DNA of 64,000 nucleotides from Nitrospirota bacterium (lineage in GTDB: Bacteria; Nitrospirota; UBA9217). The notes under the pieces were generated by a model that was not told where the DNA came from, made no database searches, and was given only the letters and a program-made list of their open reading frames with translations. The position numbers were made by a program, and so were the translations under genes. Positions within the stretch are counted from its first letter, which is position 1, and every line of letters starts with the position of its first letter. This document shows positions 30,296 to 40,505 of this stretch, piece after piece. The DNA is taken from NCBI GenBank assembly GCA_963840455.1, contig CAWIYV010000011.1, positions 192,001 through 256,000 of the forward strand. Reading direction: 5' to 3'.

Positions 30296-31255
30296 CTATT
30301 CCTTCGACGCCCGCGGGTTCACCGCGACATACACCACGCTCTGGAACAGGCTGCCGAGGCGCACGAAGACCGCGGCGAGAATGGCAATGCCCATGATGAC
30401 CGGGAAGTCGCGGTCCTGCGCCGCCTGCCACGCCATCCTGCCCATGCCCGGCCAGTTGAACACCTGCTCAACGATGACCGCGCCGCCGAGGATGAACGGG
30501 ATCTTGGCCGCGATGATCTCGGTGACCGGGATGAGCAGCCCTTCCTTGAAGGCGTGGCCCATGACCGACGCGCCCTTGGCGCGGGCGGTGCGTATATAGT
30601 CCTCGTCCAGCACCCTCGCCATCTCATCGCGGAGCGACCGGATGACCTCGCTGATGGTCCCGTTCCCGATGCCCAGCACGAAGATGGGCAGCAGCGCATA
30701 CAGCCATTTCTGGCCGCCTGTCGCGAACCCGAAGGCCATGGGGAAGAGCCCGAGCTTGTGGGTGAAGAAGTAGATGACGATGTATCCCAGCCAGAAGACC
30801 GGCAGGGCCGAGATGATATAAGCGCCGATGGTAAGCGGCCAGGTGAGCCGCGTCATGCCGCGCCTGGCGGAGGAGAGCGCGATGGGAACGGCGAGCGCCA
30901 GGGTGATGATCAGAGAGCCGATGGTCAGAAGCAGGGTGTTCAGGCCTGTGCGCAGGACCTCCTTCAACACCGGCTGGCCCGTCCGGATTGAGGTGCCGAA
31001 GTCCCCGCGCAGCATGTTCCCGAGCCACGCGAGATACTGCCCGTACCACGACTTCTGCATGCCCATTGCCTCACGGATCCCTGCCCGCGCCGAATCCGTG
31101 GGCATCTGACCCTCCAGCAGGACGCTGAACGGGTCGCCAGGCGAGAAAAAGAGGATGATGAACACGACAAAGCTCACACCCAGGAGGAGCAGACTGGTGA
31201 TCAGCAGTTCGCGAGAAAGAACAAGGGCTATGGGCCGTATGGCGGTGAGCTTCAT
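30296..31255 (-). CDS. ABC transporter permease (OppB/DppB-like)
   Basis: PGDP, GDFGTS, DYIRTARAKG, VEQVFNWPGMG. Confidence 0.93.
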   Translation of the reverse strand: MKLTAIRPIALVLSRELLITSLLLLGVSFVVFIILFFSPGDPFSVLLEGQMPTDSARAGIREAMGMQKSWYGQYLAWLGNMLRGDFGTSIRTGQPVLKEVLRTGLNTLLLTIGSLIITLALAVPIALSSARRGMTRLTWPLTIGAYIISALPVFWLGYIVIYFFTHKLGLFPMAFGFATGGQKWLYALLPIFVLGIGNGTISEVIRSLRDEMARVLDEDYIRTARAKGASVMGHAFKEGLLIPVTEIIAAKIPFILGGAVIVEQVFNWPGMGRMAWQAAQDRDFPVIMGIAILAAVFVRLGSLFQSVVYVAVNPRASKE

Positions 31256-31273
31256 AAGTATAACAAAATAATC

Positions 31274-31411
31274 GCCACAGAGGCACAGAGGTCACAGAGG
31301 AAAAATTTCCTATGTTCTCTCCGGTCTCTGTGGCTTAAATGACTTTTATCGGGTCCTGCCATCTGCTAGAATTTACTTCCCCGTGTCACCCTGTCTCCGC
31401 GTCCCCGTGTC
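31274..31411. repeat. Inverted periodic micro-repeat pair plus a half element
   Basis: GCCACAGAGGCACAGAGGTCACAGAGG ... TCTCTGTGGC; CCGTGTCACCCTGTCTCCGCGTCCCCGTGTC. Confidence 0.7.
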
Positions 31412-31415
31412 GGGT

Positions 31416-33035
31416 TTATTTCTGGTCCTTCGTCTCAATGAACCACTCGTCGGCAAAGGAGAAGAACTTGTAGGGATGGATGGCCATGCGCCGGACCTTG
31501 TCCCGGTACGCCGCATAGTTCGTCAACGTCCAGAGGAAGGTGTAGGGGTTCTCCTCGGCGAGCAGCGCATGGAGCTTCCGGTTGATGGTGCGCCGCTTCT
31601 CGTGGTCCAGCGTGAGCTTGCTCTCGTTGATCAGGCCGTCAACCTCGGGATTGGCATACCCGCCGAAGTTGTTCTTCCAGGGCCCGATCTCGCCGGAATG
31701 GAAGAGCGACGAGATGTCCGCAGAGTCGTCGAACACCCACGACGCGAAGATGATGTCGAAGTCATGCTCCAGGAACACGTCCTCCTTCCAGGCCTGCCAT
31801 TCCTTGAACTCCACCTTGATGTCGGCGCCGATGTTCTTGAGGTAGTTCTTGAATGCCAGCACCACGCGCTTCACGGCCTCGCTCTCCTTCTCGATGGGCA
31901 CCTTGAGCGATAGGGCAAGCTTCTTGCCGTCCTTCTGCATGAACCCGTCGGCGCCCCGGGTGAACCCTGCCTCCTGCAGCAGGGCAATGGATTTCTGGGC
32001 GTCGAAGGCCGCGGGCTGTACGTCCAGATTATAGGCCCAGCTGCCCGGCGCGAAAGGCCCGGAGATGATGGTCCCCTGGCCGTTGAAGAACGAATCGAGC
32101 ATCTCCTGCCGGTTCACCGCATGGGTGAAGGCCTGGCGCACGCGCTTGTCGGCAAGGAAGGGGTTCCGAACGTTGTAGCCGAAGAACGAATAGGACAGTG
32201 CGTTGTAGGGCTTCAGCACGAACCGCTTGTCGCCCTGGATCTCGGGGATGTCCCGCGGGTTCACCAGCACGATCATGTCGATGGCGTTGAACATGAGCGC
32301 CTGGGTCATGATGTTCTGGTCGGCGAAGGGCTTCTCCGCGAACTGGTTGATGTGGGGCCGTCCCTTGAAGTAGTTGTCATTGGCGACAAGAACGATCTCC
32401 CGCTCGGGCGTGACGGTCTTGAACAGATAAGGACCGGTCCCGATGGGGTGCTGCACGAAGGGATCGTCCCGCGTCAGGAACTGCTGGTTCGCCGGACCGT
32501 GCTTCGGGATGATCTTGAAGCTGAACTTGGCCAGGGCGTTCAGGATGGGCCGCTTGAGCGTGAACTTCACGGTGGCGTCGTCCACCTTCTCGATCGCGTC
32601 GATGAACTCGTACCGCACCTTGAGGGGCGTGATGGTCTTGGGGTGCATCATGATCTTGTAGGTGAACACCACGTCGTCGGCCGTGAACGGCTTTGGCGCG
32701 GTCTCACCCTCCTTCGGGTGCCAGGTCACGTCCTTCCGGAGGAAGAAGGTGTAGGTCCGGCCGTCCTTGGAGGACTCCCACCGCTCCGCCAGCTCGGGCA
32801 CGATCTCCTGCTTCTCGTTAATGCCCACAAGGCCGTTGAAAATCAGCTCGGTGATGCGGAGCGAGATCATCTCATTGCTCGTGATGGGATCGAGCGTGGC
32901 CGGCCGGCCGTATTCCCCGTAGCTCAGGGAGCCTCCGTCGGGCCTGCCGTCATTCTTGGGGGCCGCCCCGGCAGGGGCCGTCACCAGCACGGTAAGGGTC
33001 ATGACCAGTATCAGAACCATCAGCGTCCGTTTCAT
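31416..33035 (-). CDS. ABC transporter substrate-binding protein, family 5
   Basis: Signal peptide; LDP, PELAE.W, TADDV.FT, PIGTGPY. Confidence 0.93.
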   Translation of the reverse strand: MKRTLMVLILVMTLTVLVTAPAGAAPKNDGRPDGGSLSYGEYGRPATLDPITSNEMISLRITELIFNGLVGINEKQEIVPELAERWESSKDGRTYTFFLRKDVTWHPKEGETAPKPFTADDVVFTYKIMMHPKTITPLKVRYEFIDAIEKVDDATVKFTLKRPILNALAKFSFKIIPKHGPANQQFLTRDDPFVQHPIGTGPYLFKTVTPEREIVLVANDNYFKGRPHINQFAEKPFADQNIMTQALMFNAIDMIVLVNPRDIPEIQGDKRFVLKPYNALSYSFFGYNVRNPFLADKRVRQAFTHAVNRQEMLDSFFNGQGTIISGPFAPGSWAYNLDVQPAAFDAQKSIALLQEAGFTRGADGFMQKDGKKLALSLKVPIEKESEAVKRVVLAFKNYLKNIGADIKVEFKEWQAWKEDVFLEHDFDIIFASWVFDDSADISSLFHSGEIGPWKNNFGGYANPEVDGLINESKLTLDHEKRRTINRKLHALLAEENPYTFLWTLTNYAAYRDKVRRMAIHPYKFFSFADEWFIETKDQK

Positions 33036-33078
33036 AGTTCCCTCCTCAAAATGGTACTCATATCAAATCAAGGCGTTC

Positions 33079-33220
33079 ACCGCAGAGCACGCGGAGGACG
33101 CGGTGAAAAATCGAGCAAAAATCTATCCTGTTTAGAGCAATTAAATCCTTTCCCGCCCATGTCGATACGTGTCTTCAGCCGTTCTTTGGCCTTCTCTGCG
33201 GGCTCTGCGATCTCTGCGGT
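33079..33220. repeat. Inverted 9-bp-period micro-repeat pair
   Basis: ACCGCAGAGCACGCGGAGGACGCGG ... CTCTGCGGGCTCTGCGATCTCTGCGGT. Confidence 0.75.
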
Positions 33221-33226
33221 AAAAAA

Positions 33227-34708
33227 CTAATTGATCTTCACGTCCCCGGCGCTCTTGTGCTCCATGGAGTAGATGCCCTGCAGTGCCTCCTGGATCTGGC
33301 GCACCTCGGGGAACTGCTTGCTCATCTCAAAGTAGATCTCCAGGGCCTCGGAGAACTTCTTCGTTCGGTAATAGGCATCGGACAGGTCCACGAGCATCAC
33401 CGGGTCGTTGGACTCGATCTTGTTCTTGTTCCCCTTGTCCCTCCCTGCCTCGAGATAGGAGACGGCCTTCGCCGTATCCTTCTTCGAGAGATAGTACCTG
33501 CCCAGTCCGACGTTCAGGATGGCGAAGCGCTTGCCGTCGCCTGCCTCGACCACGCCCGCAGAGGTCTGCGCGGTGCGGGGGCAGTCGATCCTGAGCCTGC
33601 CGCAGGTCGCCAGGATGTCGGACAGGAGCTCAGGATCGCCCGGTTGTTTCTGCGTCAGTTCGTCCCATACGCCGATGGCCTCGGCATGCTTCCCCTTCTG
33701 CTGCTGCAGCGCCCCCTGGCGGACCATGGCCTTGTTCTTGAACTGCAACGGCATCTGGGGAGCAGCGAGGAACGCCGCCGTTGCCTTCGCCGCCTGGTCC
33801 GTGTTCCCGGCGAGCGCCTGGGCCTCGCCGAGGTAGTAGCTTGCGATGCCCTTGAGCTGCGGGTCCGAGGCCGCCTTCTCAAGCGATGCCAGGCTGGCCT
33901 GGAGGTAGAAAGCCGCAAGGTTCGGCAGGACCTGAAGGTCGTAGAACGTGATCACCTTGCTCTTGCTGATGGTCTCGCGGTACGAATAGGATTTCATATC
34001 CGCGCGCTGAAGAAGGTCGAGACCCTTGTCGAGGGACCCCGCCCGTGCGTACACGCCCAGGCAGTTCTTCGCAGCAATGAGGGACAGCGGTTTGCCGCCC
34101 TTCTTGACGTCCGCCAGCGCCTCGTCGCACAGGGCGACGGGATCTTTTTCAACGAGGCCCGCCCTGCTGTACGCAGCGGCAAGCTCGGTCTTTACATCGG
34201 GATCGGAACTGTTGATGCCGCCCCAGAGCTCTTGCGCCTTCTGCTTGTCCCCTCTCACGTTGGCCGCCGTTCCCAGCGCGATTTTTGCTATGGCCTTGTA
34301 CCTGGCACCGCCGCCTCCGGCGAGGAACTTCTCGAGCGGTGCCTGCGCAGGCGCCGCCTTCCCGCCCTCCAACAGCGCGAGCCCGAGGTACAGGTCGCTG
34401 TACATGCTGCGGCCCGCGCCACGGTCCGACGAGAGCCGCTTCAGATAATCGGCGTTCACCTCCGCGGACATCTGCGCCAGCCCCTGGTGCAGCTCGCCGT
34501 TCTTAAGGTAGATCATGCCGAGGGTGAGCCGGGCCGGAGACTGCTTGCTCTGCTCCAGAGACGGGAGCGCTGCGCGGAGGTCGCGCGCAGCGTCCTCGTA
34601 CCGGTGCTTCTCATAGGCCTTCATGGCCTTCTGGACCGGATCGTCGGCGGCATGGGCCGGACATGCGGCCAGACCTATGCTTAAAATCAGAAAGAAAACC
34701 ACGTACAT
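33227..34708 (-). CDS. Exported tetratricopeptide repeat protein
   Basis: Signal peptide; repeated LG..Y...G...A helical motifs. Confidence 0.85.
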   Translation of the reverse strand: MYVVFFLILSIGLAACPAHAADDPVQKAMKAYEKHRYEDAARDLRAALPSLEQSKQSPARLTLGMIYLKNGELHQGLAQMSAEVNADYLKRLSSDRGAGRSMYSDLYLGLALLEGGKAAPAQAPLEKFLAGGGGARYKAIAKIALGTAANVRGDKQKAQELWGGINSSDPDVKTELAAAYSRAGLVEKDPVALCDEALADVKKGGKPLSLIAAKNCLGVYARAGSLDKGLDLLQRADMKSYSYRETISKSKVITFYDLQVLPNLAAFYLQASLASLEKAASDPQLKGIASYYLGEAQALAGNTDQAAKATAAFLAAPQMPLQFKNKAMVRQGALQQQKGKHAEAIGVWDELTQKQPGDPELLSDILATCGRLRIDCPRTAQTSAGVVEAGDGKRFAILNVGLGRYYLSKKDTAKAVSYLEAGRDKGNKNKIESNDPVMLVDLSDAYYRTKKFSEALEIYFEMSKQFPEVRQIQEALQGIYSMEHKSAGDVKIN

Positions 34709-34746
34709 GCAAGCTCCTTAAGCCAAAACAGAAGAAAACCTTTCTC

Positions 34747-34847
34747 CCGCGGAGTACGCGGAGCACGCAGAGAGCTTCTCATGCAGAAGATAACCCGCTC
34801 TTTCTATTCTTTCCGCCTTCCTCTGCGACCTCTGCGATCTCTGCGGT
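34747..34847. repeat. Inverted 9-bp-period micro-repeat pair
   Basis: CCGCGGAGTACGCGGAGCACGCAGAG ... CTCTGCGACCTCTGCGATCTCTGCGGT. Confidence 0.75.
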
Positions 34848-34884
34848 AAATGAAGACTTTCATCTATTTTTTTCCGCTCTCGTA

Positions 34885-36098
34885 TCACTCTTTCATTCTT
34901 GCCACGAAGATCTGGTCCCACTGGTCCACTTGTGCCCGGAACGCTATGGTCCCGTCGGGCGAGCACGCCACGTCGTGGTTCATCTTGGTGTCGGTCTTGA
35001 GGAGCCAGGGCGTTCTCTCCGCTATGTTCACCACATAGAGGGGGTGGTATTCCTGCCGGTCGTTCTTTACGTACACGAGCCTCTTGCTGTCGTGCATCCA
35101 CGCGGGCCCGCGCTCCACGTCGGGGACCACATCGACGGCCACGGCCTTCGCAGCGAGCCCGTCACCCGTTGCCGGGTCCGAGCCGTCCGCGGCGACCACC
35201 ATGATGGACCAGATCCGCGGGTCGCCCTGCGGATTGTAGTTCGAATAGAAAGCGATCTTCTTCCCGTCAGGCGACCAGACCGGACGGATGTCGTCGTGTT
35301 CCCATGCCGTGAGCGCCTTGACCGATTCCGCAGGCCTGCTCACGTCGTTGATGACCGCTATGTCGTGGTTCTCGTTGTTCCCGTGCATATAGACGATCCG
35401 CTTACCGTCCGGCGACCACTGGGGATAGAGATTTTCTTTCCCGCTGTGGGTGAGCCGCGTCAGCGCGCGGGTGCCTGCGTCCATGAGGTAGATATCTCCC
35501 TTGTCCGTCCGGCCCGACACGAACACGATCGTGTTCGATGACGGCGACCAGTCGGACTGGCCGTCCTTCTCCTTGTGCTCCGTGATGCGGGTGACCGGCT
35601 TGCCGCCCATGTCGCCGACATAGAGGTCATAATTCCCTTCACCGCCGTTGCTCATGAACACAAAGCGCTCCTCACGCGGCGACCAGGAGATGCCGGCGTT
35701 GTAGCTGATGTCCTCCACCACGCCGGGGAAGAAGAACTTCATGTCCCCGCCTGCTGCGCGCAGATAATAGACGGTCTGGAACACCAGGCCGTCCGCCAGG
35801 GCGATGTGGATCTCCTTCTTGTCTCCGATGCTGCGCTCGAATGAGAGGAACATCCCCGAACGGGACCAGACGGGATTGCCGTCATTCCTGCCGGACTCGA
35901 CCGCGGTGAAAGGCCGGACAAAGACCGGTTCGATCGTCCCGACCTTCCTGACCGGCTCCTCGGGAACCGTCTGGGCAGGCAACACTGCCGGCGCTGCGTC
36001 CTCCGCGCCGACGCACCGTGCCGCCGCGATCAGCGCCAGGAGGCACCACGCCGCGATTCCGGACCCCCGTCCCCCTCTTTTCGATCAGCAGGCGTCAT
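34885..36098 (-). CDS. TolB-like (PD40) beta-propeller protein; N-terminal signal peptide is out of frame with ATG 36098 by one base near G5 runs
   Basis: Multiple P.WSPDG repeats; in-frame upstream GIAAWCLLALIAAA segment; one added base at 36064-36075 restores the start. Confidence 0.8.
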
Positions 36099-36107
36099 AC
36101 CCTACCG

Positions 36108-38675
36108 TTACAAGCTCCTGATCTGGTCCCAGTATTTCTGGGCGGCCTGGCGGCTCTGCTCATAGGTGCTGTTCCCTTCAAGCTTTTTCGGGAAGAAGTC
36201 GAAGTACTCGCGCCACGCCGTATTTGCGTCGTTCAGCACCGTGGCCTTTTTCGTGATCAGATACAGCTTATGGTACGAGAGCGCCAGATAATAATAGGTG
36301 TCGTGCAGGGCCTCGTCATACCGCATCGTCGGGAAGAACCGCGTGTTCTGCTTGGCGATCTGGAGCTTCTGGATTGCCAGGGCAAAGTTCTGGGCCGCCG
36401 CCTGCTTGTCCGTTGCCACCAGCGCGTTGCCCTTCTCGTAATAGGCATGGCCCAGGTTGGCGAAGGCCACGGAGAACTGCTTGTAGATCAGCTGCTGGTT
36501 CTCGGGAAGGGACAGCACGTTCTCGAACTCCCGAATGGCCGCGTCGTAGTCGTTCTTGTCGTCGAGGTAGATCGTGGCCAGCCGGTGGTGCGACTCGGAA
36601 TAGTCGGGATGGCCCTTTTCCGTGCTGCGGTATGCGGCGATGGCCCCGTCAATATCGCCTTTCTGCTCCGCGTTCTCTCCGATCTTCAGGAAGTCCCTGT
36701 AGAGCACAATGGCCTTGCCGCCCGTGCGGTCCTCGGTCTTCGAGGCGAACTCGACCACCTCTTCCCAGTCGCGGTAGTCGCCGCCCAGGGAGATCCTCAC
36801 GGTATGGAATCCGAGGGTCACGGGCCTGCCATCAATGACGGGCGTCCTGCCGATCTTGTCCCCATCAACGTAGACATCGGCGCCTGAGGGCTGCGAATCC
36901 ACCTTGAACAGGGCATTGTTCACCGTGAGGGTATATTCCTTCACATCCCGGCTCTTCTCGACCTGCAACTTGCCGCTCACCTGCTGGTAGCCGTGGCGGT
37001 AGAGCACCAGGTCGTACTTCTTGCCGAGCCGGACCGGCACTTCGGCCTTGCCGTCCGCGCCGGTCGTGCTGATCCACTCGTCGTTCATGTAGATGTTCAC
37101 TCCGGCGAGCGGTGTCACGTCTGGCGGCACGCCGCCTTTCGTGGACAGGACGACCGTGTTCTTTTCCTGCTCCTCGTCCTCGCGGATGGCCACGCGGACG
37201 ACCCGGTCGCCAAGCGATATCTTCTCGCCTTTTTTCAGGTTCTCCACCTCGGTGACCGAGAACGTATCATCGACCTTCTTCACCTTCAGCCGGCCGATCT
37301 CCCGGTAGCCGGAGATCTTGCCCGACTCGTCCAGCCCCGGCGTCATGACGCTGAATTCCATGCCCTTGCCGATCTTGTACGCCGTCTTGCCGAGGTTGAT
37401 CGTGGGGCGTTCCTCCTGGGGTTCGATCACGGTCCCCTCGAAGGGAAACTTGGCCAGCACCGCGGCGGCGATGTCCTTGGCCGCGCTCCCGATGCTCCCC
37501 TCGTTCCTGGCCCGTGCCAGCTGGCTGTGAAGGAGCTTGCCGCCGGACGTATAGAACTTGGTCTCGATCAGGATCCCGCTGTCGTCCTTGGCAACGCTGC
37601 CCAGCACGATCATGTCCACGGTCCTTTTGAGCGGCGTTTCGCGCCAGCCCTTGACCGTGATCTTCTCGATGTTCAGCTTCGCCTGCTTCATCTCTGCCTG
37701 GAGCGTCTTGGACGGCACTTCCTTGAAACAGCCGAACTTGAAGAGCTGGCTGCCCACGGCTTCCTCGGTCTGGGCGACGATGTCCTTCATGTCCACGTTC
37801 GGCGTGTTGCCCACAAAGCGGTAGATCCCGGTCCGGATGGGCCTGGCCGTGGTGGGATAGAAATAGTGCTGAACCGCGATCTCGCCTTCGAGCGTCAGCG
37901 ACTTCTTCCAGCTCGGGGGGATGTAGCCCGGCGCCGTGATGACGACCGTGACCTTCTTGCCTGGCTCGCCGTCGTAGGTCCAGTTCACTGCTCCCTTGGC
38001 GTCGGTCTTGAGCGCCTTCTTGTCGATCGTGACCGAAAGACCCTGAAGTCCGGTGGACTGGCCGTATTCCTCCGTAAGCGCCGTCACGGTCACGACCACC
38101 CGCTTCGAGAGCGCTGCCTCGATCCGCTGTCCTGGTTCGATACTGCCGGTCCGCTTCCAGACAGCATAGCCCGCCTTCGACACGGTGAGCTCCACCCCTT
38201 CCTTGGGAAGCGATTGATAATCATACACGAACTCTCCATTCGCACCGGTCTTCCCGGCCTCCTTGCCCGCAGCCTTGACCACGGCATCGGCAATGGGCGC
38301 TCCCTTTTCCGTCGCCACGATCGTGACGAAACGCGTGGCAGCGAGCTCGGCATCGAAGACATACCGGTCCATTCCCTCTTTCTGCGGGAGCTTCATCACG
38401 AAGGCGGTCTTCCATGGGGATATCCGGTAGCCCGGCATCTCCTTGGTCACGACCACCGTCACCTCGGCCCCCGGCTTCTTGGTGAGGACCTTGACGAAGG
38501 AGCCGTCGCTGCCGGTCAAACCCTCCTCCACGCCGTCGACCGCGACCCGCGCCTGGGCCACGGGCTGGCCGTCGATCTTTGCCTTGACCTCAAGGCCCAT
38601 CTTCTCGCCGGCGCATCCGGAGAACAGGAACGATGCTGCCGCAATCACGACCGCAATGAACACTCGCTTGACCAT
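36108..38675 (-). CDS. Large lipoprotein with repeated beta-sandwich/PEGA domains and C-terminal TPRs
   Basis: Lipobox FSGC; repeated G.T..DG motifs; PEGA VDSQPSGADVYVDG..IGRTP; TPR helices. Confidence 0.85.
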   Translation of the reverse strand: MVKRVFIAVVIAAASFLFSGCAGEKMGLEVKAKIDGQPVAQARVAVDGVEEGLTGSDGSFVKVLTKKPGAEVTVVVTKEMPGYRISPWKTAFVMKLPQKEGMDRYVFDAELAATRFVTIVATEKGAPIADAVVKAAGKEAGKTGANGEFVYDYQSLPKEGVELTVSKAGYAVWKRTGSIEPGQRIEAALSKRVVVTVTALTEEYGQSTGLQGLSVTIDKKALKTDAKGAVNWTYDGEPGKKVTVVITAPGYIPPSWKKSLTLEGEIAVQHYFYPTTARPIRTGIYRFVGNTPNVDMKDIVAQTEEAVGSQLFKFGCFKEVPSKTLQAEMKQAKLNIEKITVKGWRETPLKRTVDMIVLGSVAKDDSGILIETKFYTSGGKLLHSQLARARNEGSIGSAAKDIAAAVLAKFPFEGTVIEPQEERPTINLGKTAYKIGKGMEFSVMTPGLDESGKISGYREIGRLKVKKVDDTFSVTEVENLKKGEKISLGDRVVRVAIREDEEQEKNTVVLSTKGGVPPDVTPLAGVNIYMNDEWISTTGADGKAEVPVRLGKKYDLVLYRHGYQQVSGKLQVEKSRDVKEYTLTVNNALFKVDSQPSGADVYVDGDKIGRTPVIDGRPVTLGFHTVRISLGGDYRDWEEVVEFASKTEDRTGGKAIVLYRDFLKIGENAEQKGDIDGAIAAYRSTEKGHPDYSESHHRLATIYLDDKNDYDAAIREFENVLSLPENQQLIYKQFSVAFANLGHAYYEKGNALVATDKQAAAQNFALAIQKLQIAKQNTRFFPTMRYDEALHDTYYYLALSYHKLYLITKKATVLNDANTAWREYFDFFPKKLEGNSTYEQSRQAAQKYWDQIRSL

Positions 38676-38771
38676 GGAAAGCCTCCTCGGGAACTGTTAC
38701 CTAGTGAACAGCAGAGCTCGGAAACACAATATTCAATTTCCATACGACCTGCAATCGGACGGTTTGACGCA

Positions 38772-39221
38772 CTACATCGTCGGCGGCTGGATGTTCACCT
38801 CGCCGGGGTTCACGATCTTGTCCTCGTCGGACCGGGACCCCTCAATGGACTTCCGCTTGCCTTCGGCGATCTTCTTGAGCTTGAACTCCACCTTCTTGCC
38901 GCCGAACTTCGTGATCTCCACGGTCTGGGTGTCGGTCTGGTACCCGATCCTGCTCGCCTCAACCTTGTACATGCCCGGCGTGAGCTTCCCCTTCTCCGAC
39001 TCGAACTTGCCTTCTTTGTTCACCGTCACGGCATGGGAAGCCTGTTCGAGGGTGGAGGTGGTGTTGATCATGTTCACCACCGTGCCCTCCGGGCTCTCCT
39101 TCGCGGGCGGGATAGGCTGCATAGTGGGGTCCATGAGCTGGAGCGTGCCGTAGATCTTCGGCGAGCATGCGGACAACAGGAGCAGACAGGCGATCAGGGC
39201 GAACTTCTGAGTGTGGCGCAT
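38772..39221 (-). CDS. Lipoprotein with a carboxypeptidase-regulatory-like (prealbumin-fold) domain
   Basis: Lipobox LSAC; PGMYKVEASRIGY; RBS AGGAGG. Confidence 0.8.
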   Translation of the reverse strand: MRHTQKFALIACLLLLSACSPKIYGTLQLMDPTMQPIPPAKESPEGTVVNMINTTSTLEQASHAVTVNKEGKFESEKGKLTPGMYKVEASRIGYQTDTQTVEITKFGGKKVEFKLKKIAEGKRKSIEGSRSDEDKIVNPGEVNIQPPTM

Positions 39222-39276
39222 GATATTCTTCCTCCTGGGCGTAATGGGCGTTGTCGGTCCCGGCGAATGCAGACAC

Positions 39277-39332
39277 AAAAAAACCGCCAAAGTCTATATC
39301 CAACGGATGTTAGAATACTTGGACTTTGGCGG
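39277..39332 (-). terminator. Intrinsic terminator (riboswitch expression platform)
   Basis: CCGCCAAAGTC...GACTTTGGCGG followed by T7; 5' arm overlaps aptamer P1. Confidence 0.8.
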
Positions 39333-39433
39333 CCCGACTGGCGTATAAACCGGAACCTCGATGATCTGAAGCGGTTTTCTGTAGCCTCGGTGCTCTGCGT
39401 CCCCGGGTTTCCCCGGGTTTGCTCTGAGCAAAG
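39324..39433 (-). ncRNA. GEMM-I (c-di-GMP-I class) riboswitch, A20 variant
   Basis: CTTTGCTCAGAGCAAACCCGGGGAAACCCGGGGACGCAGAGCACCGAGGCTAC...TACGCCAGTCGGGCCGCCAAAG: P1 CTTTG/CAAAG, GAAA-capped P2, P3. Confidence 0.85.
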
Positions 39434-39551
39434 TTCTTATTATGTACGCTTTACCTGCAATTAATTCGTCATACTGTAGCATTTGCGCTGATCGATGTCA
39501 AGACTGCTTGTACGTGAAAGGAGCTCCGCGAAAAAAAAAGCCCTCGGGCGG

Positions 39552-40424
39552 TCAGGCCGGTCCCCGGGCGGACTTTTTCGCCTGCTTCTGTTCATACATT
39601 TGGGCATCGGCCTGCCGGATCAGCTCATCCACGGTAATGGGCCTGGCCGGATCGAATATGGCGAGACCCAGGCTCACCGAGAGGCGAAACGTGCCTTCCC
39701 GGCGGGCATTGTACTCGACAAAACGCTTCTCGAGACGGTCCCGTACCGTAGCGATGCCCGAGTCAGGCGCATTGCCGAGGATCACCGCGAACTCATCGCC
39801 GCCCATGCGGGCGATGATATCGGAATCACGAAAGGTCTCGCGGAAGATCTGGGCAGTGTCCGCCAGGGCCCGGTCGCCGGATACGTGACCGAAGGTGTCA
39901 TTGATGGACTTGAGATCGTCCAGGTCGGCGAAGAACAGCACCATGCGCTCGCTGTTCCGCACCGCATGCCTCATCTGCTGCTGCGTGAAGGCAAAGAACC
40001 CGCGCCGGTTCGCAAGGCCCGTCAGCTCATCGGTGATCGCGAGCGCCCGCAGGTGGTCCTGCAGTTTCCCGTGCTTGATCCGCACCAGGAGCTCATGGAC
40101 CGTGAACGGCTTCCTGATGAAGTCCGCTGCCCCGGCCCGGATGGACTCTTCGTAGGAAAATTCCTCGACGAACCCAGTCATGACGATGGCCGTCATATCG
40201 GGATGGATGCGCTTGGCCCTGTCCACCAGATCGAGCCCCCGTATCCCCGGCATAACGATGTCCGTGAGCAGGATATCGGGATGAGTCCGCTCCAGTGCCG
40301 CCAGGGCGTCCTCGGACCGCGTGAAGGCCTCACAGGTGTAGCCCTCCATACAGAGGGACTGCCGGAGGATGTCCAGGATGGCCACGTCGTCGTCGACGAT
40401 CATGATAGAGGGGTTCTTATTCAT
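39552..40424 (-). CDS. Response regulator receiver + GGDEF diguanylate cyclase
   Basis: DD, LLTD.VMP, KP; INDTFGHVSGD; RDSD I-site; GGDEF. Confidence 0.95.
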   Translation of the reverse strand: MNKNPSIMIVDDDVAILDILRQSLCMEGYTCEAFTRSEDALAALERTHPDILLTDIVMPGIRGLDLVDRAKRIHPDMTAIVMTGFVEEFSYEESIRAGAADFIRKPFTVHELLVRIKHGKLQDHLRALAITDELTGLANRRGFFAFTQQQMRHAVRNSERMVLFFADLDDLKSINDTFGHVSGDRALADTAQIFRETFRDSDIIARMGGDEFAVILGNAPDSGIATVRDRLEKRFVEYNARREGTFRLSVSLGLAIFDPARPITVDELIRQADAQMYEQKQAKKSARGPA

Positions 40425-40505
40425 GGGGTGTGCTCCGGGATACGCGAAACGCACTCGGGATACGGCCGCATTGTAGCATAGAACCCGTCTCCGAGGGCAT
40501 AAACG

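Noticed and set aside
36993-39464. Long antisense ORFs (also 16498-17943, 22231-23766, 33257-34684, 45004-46914, 41346-42797)
   Set aside because: Shadow frames opposite well-supported genes, expected in GC-rich DNA; no recognisable motifs.
39552-40424. Adjacent GGDEF as a Hypr cGAMP synthase
   Set aside because: It keeps Asp in GHVSGD rather than Ser/Thr.
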